This document shows positions 39,012-51,750 of a stretch of 64,000 nt of DNA, piece after piece. The stretch lies in the NCBI RefSeq assembly GCF_963921235.1, contig NC_086108.1, positions 97,528,001-97,592,000 on the forward strand, written 5' to 3'. The notes below the pieces were generated by a model. That model was given only the letters and a program-made list of their open reading frames with translations, searched no databases and was not told the origin of the DNA. Within the stretch, counting starts at the first letter, position 1; each line of letters starts with the position of its first letter. The translations under genes and the position numbers were made by a program. This stretch comes from Mobula hypostoma. Its lineage: Eukaryota.

Positions 39012-41215
39012 TAATCCCATTCTCCCTCTTTCTCTCCATAGCTCTTCTCTCCTTTGCCAGTCAAGAACCTATCAATCTCTGCCTTAAATGCACCCAATGT
39101 CTTGCCCTTCAGAGCCACCTGTGGCTATGAATTCCACAGACTGAACAACGTCAGGGTGAAGAATTTCCTCCTCATTTGAGTTTTAAAGAGACATCCCTTT
39201 ATTCTGAAGCTGTGTCCTCTGGCCCACTCTCCTACGAACAGAAACATCCTCTCCATGTCCACTGTATTCTGGTGGGTTTCAGTGAGATCCCCTCATCTTT
39301 TTGAACTCCATCAGGTACAGGACCAGAGTTATCAAACACTCTTCATGTGTGAAACCTATCATTCCTGGGATCATTTTGTAAACCTTCTCTGCACCCCCCC
39401 CCCCCGGACCAATTTTAAGTATGGGTCCAAAATTGTTCACAATACCCCAAATACAGTCTGACCAACACCTTATAAAGTCTCAGCAGAACATCCTTGCTAT
39501 TATATCCTAGTCCTTTCAAAATGAATGGTAACATTGCATTTGCTTTCTCTACGACTGACTCCACCTGCAAGTTAACCTTAAAGGAACCCTGAGCTAAGAC
39601 ATCGAAGTCCCTTTGCACATTTTTTTCTGAGTTGTCTCCCTATATGGAAAATAATCTAAACTTTTAGAAGTCAGACTCAGTTTTGACGTCTAATGTTCTG
39701 TGTGCTATATGTTCGCTTTTGATTGTTCGTGCAGTTTGTTCTTTTTTTTGCATGTTTCATGGTCTTATTGTATTTTTTTTTCTTTCAATGGGTTCTATGC
39801 TTTTTGTTTTGTTTTGCAGCTGCCTGCAAGAAGACAAATCTCAAGGATGTATCGCTGTATACATACTTTGATAACTAATGTACCTGAACTTTGATAACCC
39901 CACACTTTCCACCTGCCACTTCTTTGCCTACTCTCCCAACCTATCCAAGTCCTTCTGTAAACTCCCTGCCTTACAAACACTACCCGTTCCTCCATCTATC
40001 TCGCTATTTGGAGATGGAGGAGGATACATGGAGGGGATGTTTCTGTTCGTAGGAGAGTGGGCCAGAGGACACAGACTCAGAATAAAGGGATGTCTCTTTA
40101 AAACTCAAATGAGGAGGAATTTCTTCACCCTGACATTGTTGAATCTGTGGAATTCATTGCCACAGATGGCTCTGGAGGTCAAGACATTGGGTGCAGTTAA
40201 AGCAGAGATTGATAGGTTCTTGACTGGCAAGCGGTCGGCCGAGATGGTGTTCGGTGCTCGGTGTCGAATAGGTGGTCGGAGGCTCGGAGTTTTTCAGACA
40301 GACTCGGAGTCGGGCTGTGGTCGGATGCTTCCAGGATGCTGCACCGGCAATTTGGCAGCGCTGGAGGTTTACCGTCTGCGTGAGATGATGGGACTTTCGA
40401 GAGACTTTGAGACTTTTACTGTGCCATGGTCTGTTCGTATCAAATTACGGTATTGCTTTGCACTGTTGTAACTATATGTTATAATTATGTGGTTTTTGTT
40501 AGTTTTTAAGTCGGTTTGTCATGCATTTTTCGTGATATCATTCTGGAAAAACATTTTATCATTCCTTAATGCATGCATGACTAAATGACAATAAAAGGGG
40601 ATTGCATGTCCTCAAAATCATATTGTCTGTAAACTTGGCCACAATGCTATCAGTACTTCATCCAGGTTATTAATGTATAAACAATGATAGAATATCCATT
40701 ATCTCCATGGCCAGCACTTTAAAATACCTAATGAACCATGTTGGATCGATTGTGAGACGTGGCAAGTATGCATACAGCTGGTTGTGCGATGAATCGATTG
40801 GACCTCCTACACATGGAGGGTGCTCTCTTTTCACAGGGGCTTTTGAGAGTACATGTTTTTGTCTTAGTGAACCCCGTTCACAGGTGCCATACTGTAAGTT
40901 GCCCAACGTGTACAGCGGCCGACGTGGCTCAGTAACAACATTCAATCCGACTGCTCCAACGCCGTTCTTGCTCCACACATAAGCAGCACCTAGGGTGTAG
41001 GCCATTAGGTCCTGGAGATTATTGACTTCAATCAATTTCTCCAATACTTTTTATTTTCAAATACTGACTTGTTTGACTGTCTTATTTGCTCCAGACTTGT
41101 GTTGCGCTAATGCTGGAAGTTTCTCAGTATCTTCTATGAATACATACGCAAAATATTTGTTCAATTCCTTTCAATTTTCTTATTGCATTTCCTTCTCCTG
41201 TTTCTGTCTATAAGG
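39012..41215 (-). mobile_element. Old CR1 broken by several insertions
   Basis: ORF 39415-39618 (KANAMLPFILKGLGYNSKDVLLRLYKVLVR); further pieces at 39895-40000, 40620-40730 and 40988-41215. Confidence 0.8.
40731..40982 (+). CDS. Orphan 83-aa ORF filling an unclassified 257-bp insert
   Basis: ATG is the first base of the insert and TAA ends 5 nt before its end; flanked by ACCTA repeats (40726-40730, 40988-40992); no recognisable homology. Confidence 0.25.
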   Translation: MNHVGSIVRRGKYAYSWLCDESIGPPTHGGCSLFTGAFESTCFCLSEPRSQVPYCKLPNVYSGRRGSVTTFNPTAPTPFLLHT

Positions 41216-41870
41216 CAAAATCAGCTTTGATATCATTGAGCTATGTTGTGAAGTTTGTTGTTTTACAAAATGAGAGCAAAAGATGAACAGAAAAAAGTAG
41301 TGAGGCAGTGTACATGGGTCAATTGTCCATTCAGAAACTGGATGGCAGACGGGAGGAAGCTGTTCCTGAATCGTTGAGTGTGTGCCTTCAGGCTCCTGTA
41401 CCTCCTTCCTGATAGTAGCAATGAAAAGATGGCATACCCTGGGCATCTGTATTAGTTGATCTTTTCCTTTTAATTTATGCATAAAAGTCTTGCAATTAGT
41501 TTTGTTTTGTTTCATGGTGGGCTACTCTCATATTTTACCAACACACAAAAGGCTATAGAGGAACTCAGCAGTTCATTTATGGAAAAGAGTAAACAGTTGT
41601 CACTTTGACCTGAGACCCTTCATCAGGACTAAAGGAGAACATACAAACCCTGGACAGACATTGCAAGAACTGAACTCCGATCGACAGAACACCCTGAGCT
41701 GTAGTACTGTTGTGCTAACTGCTCTGCTACCGAGGCAACCTAACCTTTAACTTCTTAGAGCTAGATACTTCCTTGCTGTTTATATTTGCCTGGGGGGAGG
41801 TGGTATATGTATTACTTACCACTCTGTGTTAATTAATTAAAAATTAGGCATTGCTGATATCTTTACTATA

Positions 41871-42704
41871 AACTCAGTGGCCACATAATTAGATACAGGA
41901 CGTTTGTGGTCTTCTGCTGCTGTTGTCTATCCACTTCAAGGTATGATAAATTGTGCATTGAGAGATGCTCTGCTGTACTCCACTGTTGTAATGTGTGGTT
42001 ATTTGAGGTACTGTCACCTTCCCGTCAGCTTGGACCAGTCTGGCCATTCCCCTCTGACCGCTGTCATTACAAGGCATTTTTACCCACAGAACTGCCACTC
42101 CCTGGGCCTCCTGTCCCATGATCCTCTCATATCCCCTTTGCCAATCACCTGTCCAGCTCTTGGCTCCATCCCTCCTCCTCCTGTCTTCTCCTATCATTCT
42201 GGATCTCCCACTCCCCCTCCCACTTTCAAATCTCTTACTAACTCTTCCTTCAGTTAGTCCTGACGAAGAGTCTCGGCCTGAAACGTTGACTGCATCTCTT
42301 CCTAGAGATGCTGCCTGGCCTGCTGCGTTCACCAGCAACTTTGATGTGTGTTGCTTGAATTTCCAGCATCTGCAGAATTCCTCTTGTCTTACTCACTGGA
42401 TGTTTTTTTGTTTTTTGCACCATTCTTTATAAACTCTAGAGACTATTATGTGTGAACATCCCAGGAGATTGGCAGTTTCTGAGATACTCTAACCACCCTG
42501 TCTGGCACCAACAATCATTCTACAGTCAAAGTCATTTAGATCACATTTCTTCCCCATTCTGATGTTTGGTCTGAACAATAACTGAACCTGTTGACCATGC
42601 CTGCATGCCTTTGTGCATTGAGTTGCTGCCACATAATTGGCTGATGAGATATTTGCATTAACGAGCAGGTGTACAGGTGTACCTAATAAACTGGCCACTG
42701 AGTG
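41871..42704 (-). mobile_element. Non-autonomous Tc1-like element carrying a PLE insertion (~42100-42390)
   Basis: TA-flanked TIRs ACTCAGTGGCCA/TGGCCACTGAGT; remnant MGKKCDLNDFDCRMIVGARQGG. Confidence 0.85.
42255..42292 (+). ncRNA. Minimal hammerhead ribozyme copy (GUU triplet, weakened stem II)
   Basis: TAGTC-CTGACGA-AGAGTCTCGGCCT-GAAAC-GTT-GACTG; same subfamily as 17886-17923. Confidence 0.7.
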
Positions 42705-43870
42705 TACTTCCCCGATGAACCACGGCCAACCCACACCTCTTATCTTTAAACTTTGCTTTATTCAGATTTAAAACTGGTTTAAGATTGAGCAGAGTTATTT
42801 CGATCTTTATATAAAATTCTGTCATTATGACCATTGTTCTCCAGGGGCACCTTAACAACTAGATCATTAATTAACCCAATTCTAGATTTAAAATAGCCTC
42901 ATCCCTTTCGGGTTATCAACATAATGATCTGGACATGCATTCATGCCATCTATTCATCCTCCGTTCTATTATTCTGTTATGGTTTGTCCATTCTGTATGT
43001 AGATTATTGCTCCCTGATTATTGTAATGCCCTTGTCACATTTACCTCTGACTAATGTAATGCCCTTGCAGTATTTACTTCAAATTTCTTGTTTATACGGA
43101 GTCCTACTTTACCACTGCTTGGGAGCACCTGCCATTATCCCCATCATTGTTGTTTCATAATTTCATCATAATAATTCCATTTGATTATTACTTTTATCTC
43201 ATTGCCACCATCAAGAAGGAGGTCCAGGAGCCTGAAGAACCACACTCAGTGATTTAGGGACGGCTTCTTCCCCTCCGGCATCAGATTTCTGAACGGCTCC
43301 TGAGCCTGTGACCACTGCCTCACTATTCCTCTTTTGCTCAATAATGTTTATCTATTATTGTAACCTGCCACTTCCTCATGTCTTGCACTCTACTACTACC
43401 ATCAGACAGCATACAGTACGCCAATGAAAATAAACCTGATTCCGAGTTTTTGAATTAAGACCCTTTCTTTCGTCTACCATTAAAATCAGGTCCAGCCATC
43501 CAATTTCCATTTTGCCTATCTCTAAGAGTTCAGTATTCATGAATATTTAACTCCTGTTGTTGGTCATTCTACAGGCATGATTTGCCTATTGCATGATCAC
43601 GTCTATTTAGTTTTCTTTGTACCATTAGTTAACCTGCCTTTTTATTAATCTCTGTGTATATTCAAGAAATAGTTTTCAGCTTTTGCCCCTACCATTTGCT
43701 GCTACTCTGATTCAAATTCCAGGTTTACTCTTTACAAACTGGGTTTGTTGCTAACAAACTCCGATTAATGTTGCCCACTTTGCCACTCAGCAACATGATT
43801 CTGTTCCTTTTTCTTTAACTCTCTAAATTTCCTCTCACCAGAACCCACCCTTCCACTATTTACTCTAAAA

Positions 43871-43949
43871 CAGGGGTTCCCAACCTTTTTTATGCCATGG
43901 ACCCTTACCATTAATAGTGAGGTCCATGGACCCAGGTTGGAAAACCCTG
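43871..43949. mobile_element. 79-bp hAT-type MITE
   Basis: TIRs CAGGGGTTCCCAACC/GGTTGGAAAACCCTG; 8-bp TSD CTCTAAAA/CTCTAAAG; same family as 14856-14932. Confidence 0.85.
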
Positions 43950-45646
43950 CTCTAAAGCCATAACTCCATGCAAATAATAAAGGCAAGTGGACTTCACACA
44001 CACTAGATCTGGCATCCTGTTCTACAATTCTTAGCTTAGTATTACTGTCTGAGAAATAACACATAACTTTCCCCTCCTTCCCCTCATTAAATTATACTTG
44101 AGTTTATTTTTTATATACACAAGTAAATGTAAATCACTTCATGTAATCATCGTAAATGATCTCACCTGGTCCGTCAACAGCACCTCTTTGGTTATTAAAG
44201 CACAATAGCATCTCTGCTTCACAAAGAGATTGAGGTGAGTGAGGTTCTACCCGCCCACCCCACCTCATTTTAACCAATTTTTACAAGAGCACCACTGAGA
44301 ATATCCTGGCCAGCTGCATCACCATCTGATACAGAAATGGCAAGGCATCTGACCACAAGACCCTACAAGGGATTGTGAAGACTGTGAGAGGATCATCAGG
44401 GTCTCTTTTCCACCCATCCGACATACTTATCAGGAGCACTACGTATGTAGAACCCTTAGCATTATCGGTGATCCCTCCCATCCTTGAACAATCTTTTTGA
44501 CCCCCTACAATCAGGAAAGAGGTGCCGTACGATTAGAATAAGGACTGTTAGAATGAGAAACAACTATTTCCCCCAGGCGGTAGGACTACAGAACTTCCTA
44601 TCACCACCCAAGTCTCGCAATGTACAGCACAGTGCAAAAGTCTTAGATATATATATATCCCAAGACTTTTGCCCGGTACTGTATTTGTTAACATGCAGCA
44701 GAGAGATTTTGCAAAACTAGTGGGAGCAAAGGATGTTTGGAATGGTGAGGCTGGCAGAGGAGTGGTGCCAGGGGCATTGGGTGGTGTGGGTGCATTCAAA
44801 CCCAGTCCTGAGACACCAGGCAAGGCCATTTGATTCCAAACAATTGGTTTACTGTTCACTACAGAAGTGGTGCTTCCCACTCACTCCTCTCTCACTTCCC
44901 CTTTTCCTAACCATAATTACCCACTCCCTGCCCCCTTCCCACACTCAGTCCACAATAGAGACCCACATTAGAATCAGGTTTATCATCACTCATATGTCAG
45001 GAAATTACTGTTTTTTTGCAGCAGCAGCTGTACAGTGGAGTACATAAAGTTACTGCATTACTGTGCAAAAGTCTTAGGCACACTATATATTGTCAACCTG
45101 CTAGAATACATTTTATTATTTTTCTGGAATATATTTGTGGCAATATTACTTTATGTTATACGTAATGTGTTGAGCACCTTGGTCCAGAGGAACACCGTTT
45201 CGTTTGGCGGTATACATGTATCCAGTTGAAATGGCAATAAACTTGAACTTGTACTCACAGTTGCAATGAAACTCTTGCAGCAACATCATAGGCATATAGC
45301 ATCATATAAATTACATTCATAAAAAAAGCATGAATTAAACATAGACTATACACAATCCTAACAAGAAAGAACACAGTTCGAGGAAACAAAGTTTATTTTA
45401 TTACAGAGTGTTGCTAAACTGTAGTGATTAGGATTTTGCTGGTTGGTTCAAGAACAGAATGGTTCTTATTAACTGTTAATATTCAACAGTTGCACTTTTT
45501 AACTGCTACAGTAGCTACAATCATATATTATATTTGGTATGTTATTAAATACATTGATATCTCACTTAGCACTCAGTATGCTTTCCCAGCAATAAGAGTG
45601 CTAATTAATTCACCTCCAAATGGAGTTATTATGTACTGCACTCTCA

Positions 45647-45661
45647 TTGGCTGAGCGCCAA
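45647..45661. promoter_or_regulatory. Perfect NFI palindromic site within a CCAAT cluster
   Basis: TTGGC-TGAGC-GCCAA matches TTGGC(N5)GCCAA; ATTGG/CCAAT at 45646, 45658 and 45679, in non-repeat sequence. Confidence 0.5.
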
Positions 45662-47783
45662 TGATGAAACGTATTCTCATTGGGCAAACGAATATGAACA
45701 TGGTTGCATTGAGCAAACTGACTGTATGTGTTTGGCAAGCAGGTATATTTTTGAAGAATTTATTTTATATTTTGTTTTCTAGCATTTTTTTGGTTAAAAA
45801 TCTAATTTCTTTGAGCCAAGAGCACTATAGCAGGTCTGTGAGGTAGAACTAAGCAGGGTACTGGTGTAATATAACTCAAATTACCTCAGCTTCTACTTAG
45901 ATTGTTTCTTTAAGTTTTTTTTCTTGTTTCCTTTGCTCTCATACGCTAACTTGTAGAATGATTCTCTGTAAAAATGGCATTTGGTATCTCTTAGGCTGTA
46001 TTCGATGTTCAGAGGGATGAGCAGGGAGGAATCTCATTCAAGCTACCAGATACTCTCCTTGCTGCCTCAGTAAAGCGGCCAACATAATCCAAGATCTCAC
46101 CAAACCAGAACATTCTCTCTTCTCCCTTTTCTCATCAGGGAGAAGATTCAAAAGCCTGAAAGCACGTACCAACAGGTTCCGAGCACAGCTTCTACCCTGC
46201 TGCTATAAAGGTTCACGCATAAGATGGATTCTTAACCTTACGTTCTTCCTCATTGTTATCTTGCACCTTCTTGCCTGCCTGCCTGCACTTTCACTGTGGC
46301 TAAAACACCTTATGTTATTCCTTTACCTGCACTACTTCAATGACGTGAAAGCACAGAGTAACATCTGGAAAAAATTCTGAAATGCTCGTTCGCTGCTGTC
46401 ATTACTGCGCGGTCCGGAATCTTTCGGAGAGAAGGCCTCAAGATCCCTGGCTCTGCCTGCTGTTGGCGACCGAGATGGAGGTTGAATTGTTCGGATAGAG
46501 ATGGCGCTCAGTACTCAGTGTCGGAGAGCTGATCAGAGCTCGAAGTTTTCGGATGACTCAGAGTCGGACCGTGGTCGGGTATGGCTGGGAGAGTTTTTCT
46601 TCCTTCTCCCGTCTGCGTGAGATGTGGAACATTTGACAGACTTTGAACTTTTACTGTGCTCATGGACTTCTTCATCAAGTTATGGTATTGTTGCACTGTT
46701 GTAACTATATGTTATAATTATGTGGTTTTGTTAGTTTTTTTCAGTCTTGGTCTGTCCTGTGTTTTGTGATATCACACCGGAGGAAATATTGTATCATTTC
46801 TTAATGCATGCATTACTCAATGACAATAAAAGAGGACTACGTGTCTTCATAATCTAATGAATTGATCTGCCTGAATAGTATGCAAGTCACATTTTTCACA
46901 GTAGTTCAGTGCATACAATAATAAACCAACTTATCAATTATGGATTTGTCTTATGATCTAAAAGCAGACCTTTCCTCGCTCCTATTGTCCACATAGAACT
47001 CATGAAGTCACCTCCTCTGACTTTCTGTCTCAGGGTTACCTACACAGCTGTCAATACTTCGATGATTATTCTTTTGTTTCCCTTGTTGAGCTCTGGCTCC
47101 AGTGTACTGAGCTGATAATCAGTTTGTCCATGTCTACCCTGACACCTTGCTTTGGATTTAAAGATTGAGATGATCATGGTTATTCTTGGCAATTTTTTCC
47201 ACAGAAGTGGTTTGCCATTGCCTTTTTCTGGGCAGTGTCTTTATCGAACAGGTGACCCCCCCCAACCATTATCAATACTTTTCAGAGATTGTCTGCTTGG
47301 TGTCAGTGGTCGCATGAGCAGGATTTGCAATATGTACCAACTGCTCTTACAACCATCAGCCACTTGCTTCCATGGATTCACATGACCCTGATCGGGGGCT
47401 AAGCAGCTGCTACACCTTGCCCAAGGATCACCCGCAGGTCAGCAGAGGGAAGGAGTGCCTTACACCTTCTTTGGTAGAGATGTACCTCCACCCTGCCACC
47501 CATTTAAGGTGGGACAAAGGAAAACACAACAGAATACAAGATAGTTACAGGGAAAGTGTAGTGCAGGCAGACAATAATATGCCAGACCACAATGAAATAG
47601 ATGGTGAGATCAGGAGTCCACCTTAAGGGGCCATTCATTTGTCTGATAATAGTGGGATAGAGCCTGACGGTACGCATTTTCAGGCTTTTGTATCTTCTGC
47701 CCAATGAGAGCAGAGGGAAGAGAGAATATCCAGGATGGGTAGGGTCTTTGAAGACACTGGCTGCTTTACTGAGGCAGTGAGAG

Positions 47784-48708
47784 TCTTCACCATTCACACC
47801 TCAGACTCCAACTACTGCACAGAGTCTTGTCATCTTCAGAAGTTTTCTGATGACTCTGCCATAGTTGGATGCATCAGCAAGGGAGATGAGGCTGAGTACA
47901 GGGCTACAGTAGGAAACTTTGTCACATGGTGTGAGCAAAATTATCTGCAGCTTAATGTGAAAAAGGCTAAGGAGCTGGTGGTAGACCTGAGAAGAGCTAA
48001 GGTACCGGTGACCCCTGTTTCCATCCAGGGGGTCAGTGTGGACATGGTGGAGGATTGCAAATACCTGGGGATACGAATTGACAATAAACTGGACTGGTCA
48101 AAGAACACTGAGGCTGTCTACAAGAAGGGTCAGAGCCGTCTCTATTTCCTGAGGCAACTGAGGTCCTTTAACATCTGCCGGACGATGCTGAGGATGTTCT
48201 ACGAGTCTGTGGTGGCCAGTGCGATCATGTTTGCTGTTGTGTGCTGGAGCAGCAGGCTGAGGGTAGCAGACACCAACAGAATCAACAAACTCATTCGTAA
48301 GGCCAGTGATGTTGTGGGGATGGAACTGGACTCTCTGACGGTGGTGTCTGAAAAGAGGATGCTGTCTAAGTTGCATGCCATCTTGGTCAATGTCTCCCAT
48401 CCACTACATAATGTACTGGGTGGGCACAGGAGTACATTCAGCCAGAGACTCATTCCACCGAGATGCAGCACTAAGTGTCATAGGAAGTCATTCCTGCCTG
48501 TGGCCATCAAACTTTATAACTCCTCCCTTGGAGGGTCAGACACTCTGAGCCAATAGGCTGGTCCTGGACATTTCATAATTTACTGGCATAATTTTACATA
48601 TTACTGTTTAACTATTTATGGTTCTATTACTATTTATTATTTATGGAGCAACTGTAACAAAAACCAATTTCCCCCGGGATTAATAAAGTATGACTATGAC
48701 TATGACTA
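47784..48708 (+). mobile_element. Young 5'-truncated Rex1/Babar-like LINE with open RT C-terminus
   Basis: ORF to 48556: QKFSDDSAIVG, LNVKKAKELVVD, KYLG, RLYFLRQLRSF; AATAAA followed by a (TATGAC)3 tail. Confidence 0.9.
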
Positions 48709-49477
48709 GAAGTATAGAGATAGTCCATGGAAATGGAGCTGGTTTCCGTAATGTGCTGGTAAATATCGAAAAAAGATCTTCGGAAGCTGGAAAGGTAAAA
48801 TCTGCACCTGCATCCAATTGAACAGTTAAATAGTAACAGCATTTCCTGTTGTTCTGGATAGTGAGTTTACACCTTCAAAGTCAAAGTGTAAGTACATTTA
48901 TTATCAAAATAAAATTTTGAATATATATCTATATACACACACACGTCGCCATTTACTACCTTGAGGTACATTTTCTTGCAGGTGTTTACAGGAATGTCAA
49001 AAAATAAATACAATTTATGAAAATTTATACACAAAGACTGACAAGCAATCAATGTGAAAAAGAAGACAAATTGTGAAGATAAAAAAAATACACTGAGCAT
49101 ACAAGTGAGTCTATAGATTAAGGAATCAGTTCACACTTGAAGTGAGTGAAGTTATCCATGCTAGTTCAGGAGCCTGATGGTTGCATGGTAATAACCGTTC
49201 CTGAACTTGGTGGTGTGGGACCCAAGGATCCTGTACCTCCTTCCCAATGGCAACATTGAGAAGAGAGCTTGGCCTGGATGGTGGGTGGGGGGGGGGGGTG
49301 TTCTTGATGGTGACTGCTGCTTTCTTGTGGTAGTGCTCCTTGAAGATGTGCTCAATAATTGGGAGGCCTGAGCTTGCGATGGACTGGGCTGTATCGACTT
49401 CAGTAGGCAAGTTATCTCTACATTGTGAATAGCATTCATTGTCCATTGTCCAGAAGAACAGAAACACAGGCTTGACA

Positions 49478-51373
49478 TCAGAGAATTGAAGTAGTAATGG
49501 GGGACAAAGAAATGGCAGATGAACTTAATGGGTACTTTGCATCAGTCTACATTATGGAAGACACTAGCAGCGTGACAGAGGTCCATGAGTGTCAGGGAGC
49601 AAGAGAAAGTGCCATTGCTATTACAAAAGAAAAAGGGCTAGGCAGACTCAAAGGTCTTAAGGTGAATAAGTCACCTGGGCCAGATGGACTGCAACTCAGA
49701 GTCCTGAGAGAGGTTGCTGAAGAGATAATGGATGCATTGGTCATGATCTTTCAAGAATCGCTTGATTCTGGCATGGTCCCGGAGGACTGGAAGATTGCAA
49801 ATGTCACTCCACTCTTTAAGGAGGGAGGGGGGCAAAAGAAAGGAAATTATCGGCCAGTTAGCCTAACCTCTGCAGATGGGAAGTGTTGGAGTCTATTATT
49901 AAGGATGAGGTTTCGAGCTACTTGGAGACTAATGATAAAATAAGTCAAAGTTGGCATGGTTTCTGTTAAGGGAAAACTTGCCCGACAAATCTATTAGAGT
50001 TCTCTGAGGAAGTAACAAGCAGGGTGGACAAAGGAGAGGCAGTGGATATCATTTACTTGGATTTTCAGAGGCGTTTCATAAGATGGACACATGAGGCTGT
50101 TTAACAAGATAAAATTCTATGACGTAACAAGAAAGATACAGGCATGGATAGTGGAATGGTTGACAGGCAGGGGGTAACGAGTTAGACTAAAAGGGGCCAT
50201 TTCTGGTTGGCTGCCAGTGATTAGTGGTGTTCCTCAGAGGTCAGTATTGGGACTGCTGCTTTTCACCTTTTTTGTCAATGATTTGATGAATTTGTGGCAA
50301 AGTTTGCGGATGATACGAAGATAGGTGGAGGGGTAGGAAGTGCTGAGGAAACGTGATTGCAGAGGACTTAGACAAATTGGAAGAATGGACTAAAAAGTAG
50401 CAGATGGAATACAGTCAAGAGAAAATCTGCAGATGCTGGAAATCCAAGCAACGCACACAAAATGCTGAAGGAACTCAGCAGGTCAGGCAACATCTATAGA
50501 ATAAAGTACAGTCGACGTTTCAGCCCGAAATGTCAACTGTACTTTTTTTCCATAGATACTGCCTGGCTTGCTGAGTTCCTTCAGCATCTTGAGTGTTTTA
50601 GATGGAATACAGTGTCAGGAAGTGTATGGTCATGCATTTTGGTAAAAGGAACAATAGTGCAGACTATTATCCAATTGGGGAGAAGGTGCAAACATTAGAG
50701 GTACAGAGGAACTTGGGAGTCTTCGTGCAAGACTCCCAGAAGGTTGATTTATAGGTTGAGTCTGTGGTAAAGAAAGCAAATGCAATGTTGGCATTTATTT
50801 CAAGGGAAATAGCACTTGGAATATTGTCAACAGTTTTAGGCATCATATCTCAGAAATGATGTGTTGTCATTGGAGAGAGTCCAGAGCAGATTCATGAGGA
50901 TGATACTGGGAATGAAGGGATTAACAAATGAGGAGCATTTGGCAGCTTTGGGTCTGTACTCACTGGAATTTGGAAGAATGTGGAGGATCTCATTGAAACC
51001 TACTGAATGTTGAAAGGACTAGATAGGAAACGTCCTCTCCACATCCACCCAGTGGCAGGGGTATCCACAACTAGTGGACACAGCCTCAAATTTGAGGGGT
51101 GACCCTTTAGAACAGAGGCAAGGAGGAAATTTTTAGTCAGAGAGTAGTAAATCCCTGGAATGCTCTGCCACAGACTGCAGTGGAGGCCAAGTCTGTGGGT
51201 GTATTTAAAGTGGAAGTTTATTGTTTCCTGATCGGTCAGGGCATCAAAAGACATGGCGATAAGGCAGGTGTATGAGGTTGAGTTGGAACCGGGATCAGCC
51301 ATGATGGAATGGCGGTACAGACTCGATGGGCTGAATGGCCTAATTCTGCTCCTATGTCTTATGGTCTTATGGT
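49478..51373 (+). mobile_element. Decayed CR1 ORF2 plus 3' end, with a PLE foldback at 50416-50599
   Basis: ORF 49497-49943 (KSPGPDG, DWKIANVTPLFK, NYRPVSLTS); tail TCTTATGGTCTTATGGTCT. Confidence 0.9.
50416..50599. mobile_element. Short PLE pLTR foldback with exact 14-bp TSD
   Basis: TSD AGATGGAATACAGT at 50402-50415 and 50600-50613; apex CAGTCGACGTTTC-AGCCC-GAAATGTCAACTG. Confidence 0.9.
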
Positions 51374-51464
51374 CTAATTCCTGTCAATCACACTCTCTTT
51401 CCCCTCCATTCTCAATGCATATTTATTTCATGAACTAGCAGAGAGAGTGCATTCTCCTAATGAA

Positions 51465-51504
51465 CTACTACGTCAACTCAGGCCTAGGGGGCTGGCGTCG
51501 GGCA
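51465..51504 (-). mobile_element. 40-bp retroposon 3' stub with (TAG)n-type tail
   Basis: CTACTAC... flanked by AATGAA at 51459-51464 and 51505-51510; an RTE-like origin is by resemblance only. Confidence 0.45.
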
Positions 51505-51750
51505 AATGAAACGTAGCCCAAAATAGAGATATGACCAGCAGCCAACCCGGAAATCGAAAGTTTGGAGAAGAGGGAACTTCAACTAGGTCCACTGACCAAG
51601 GATAAATCGCAGAAGAATGTCGTGGCTGCATAATAGAGCTTTGACCAGTGACCAGGGTTTGGGATTGCTTAGTAAGAGCAAATTAAAGGAAGGCAGGGGC
51701 AAGAACAGTGGCTGTTGGAGTGGATATAGTCAGGTGGTGATCTTAATAGC

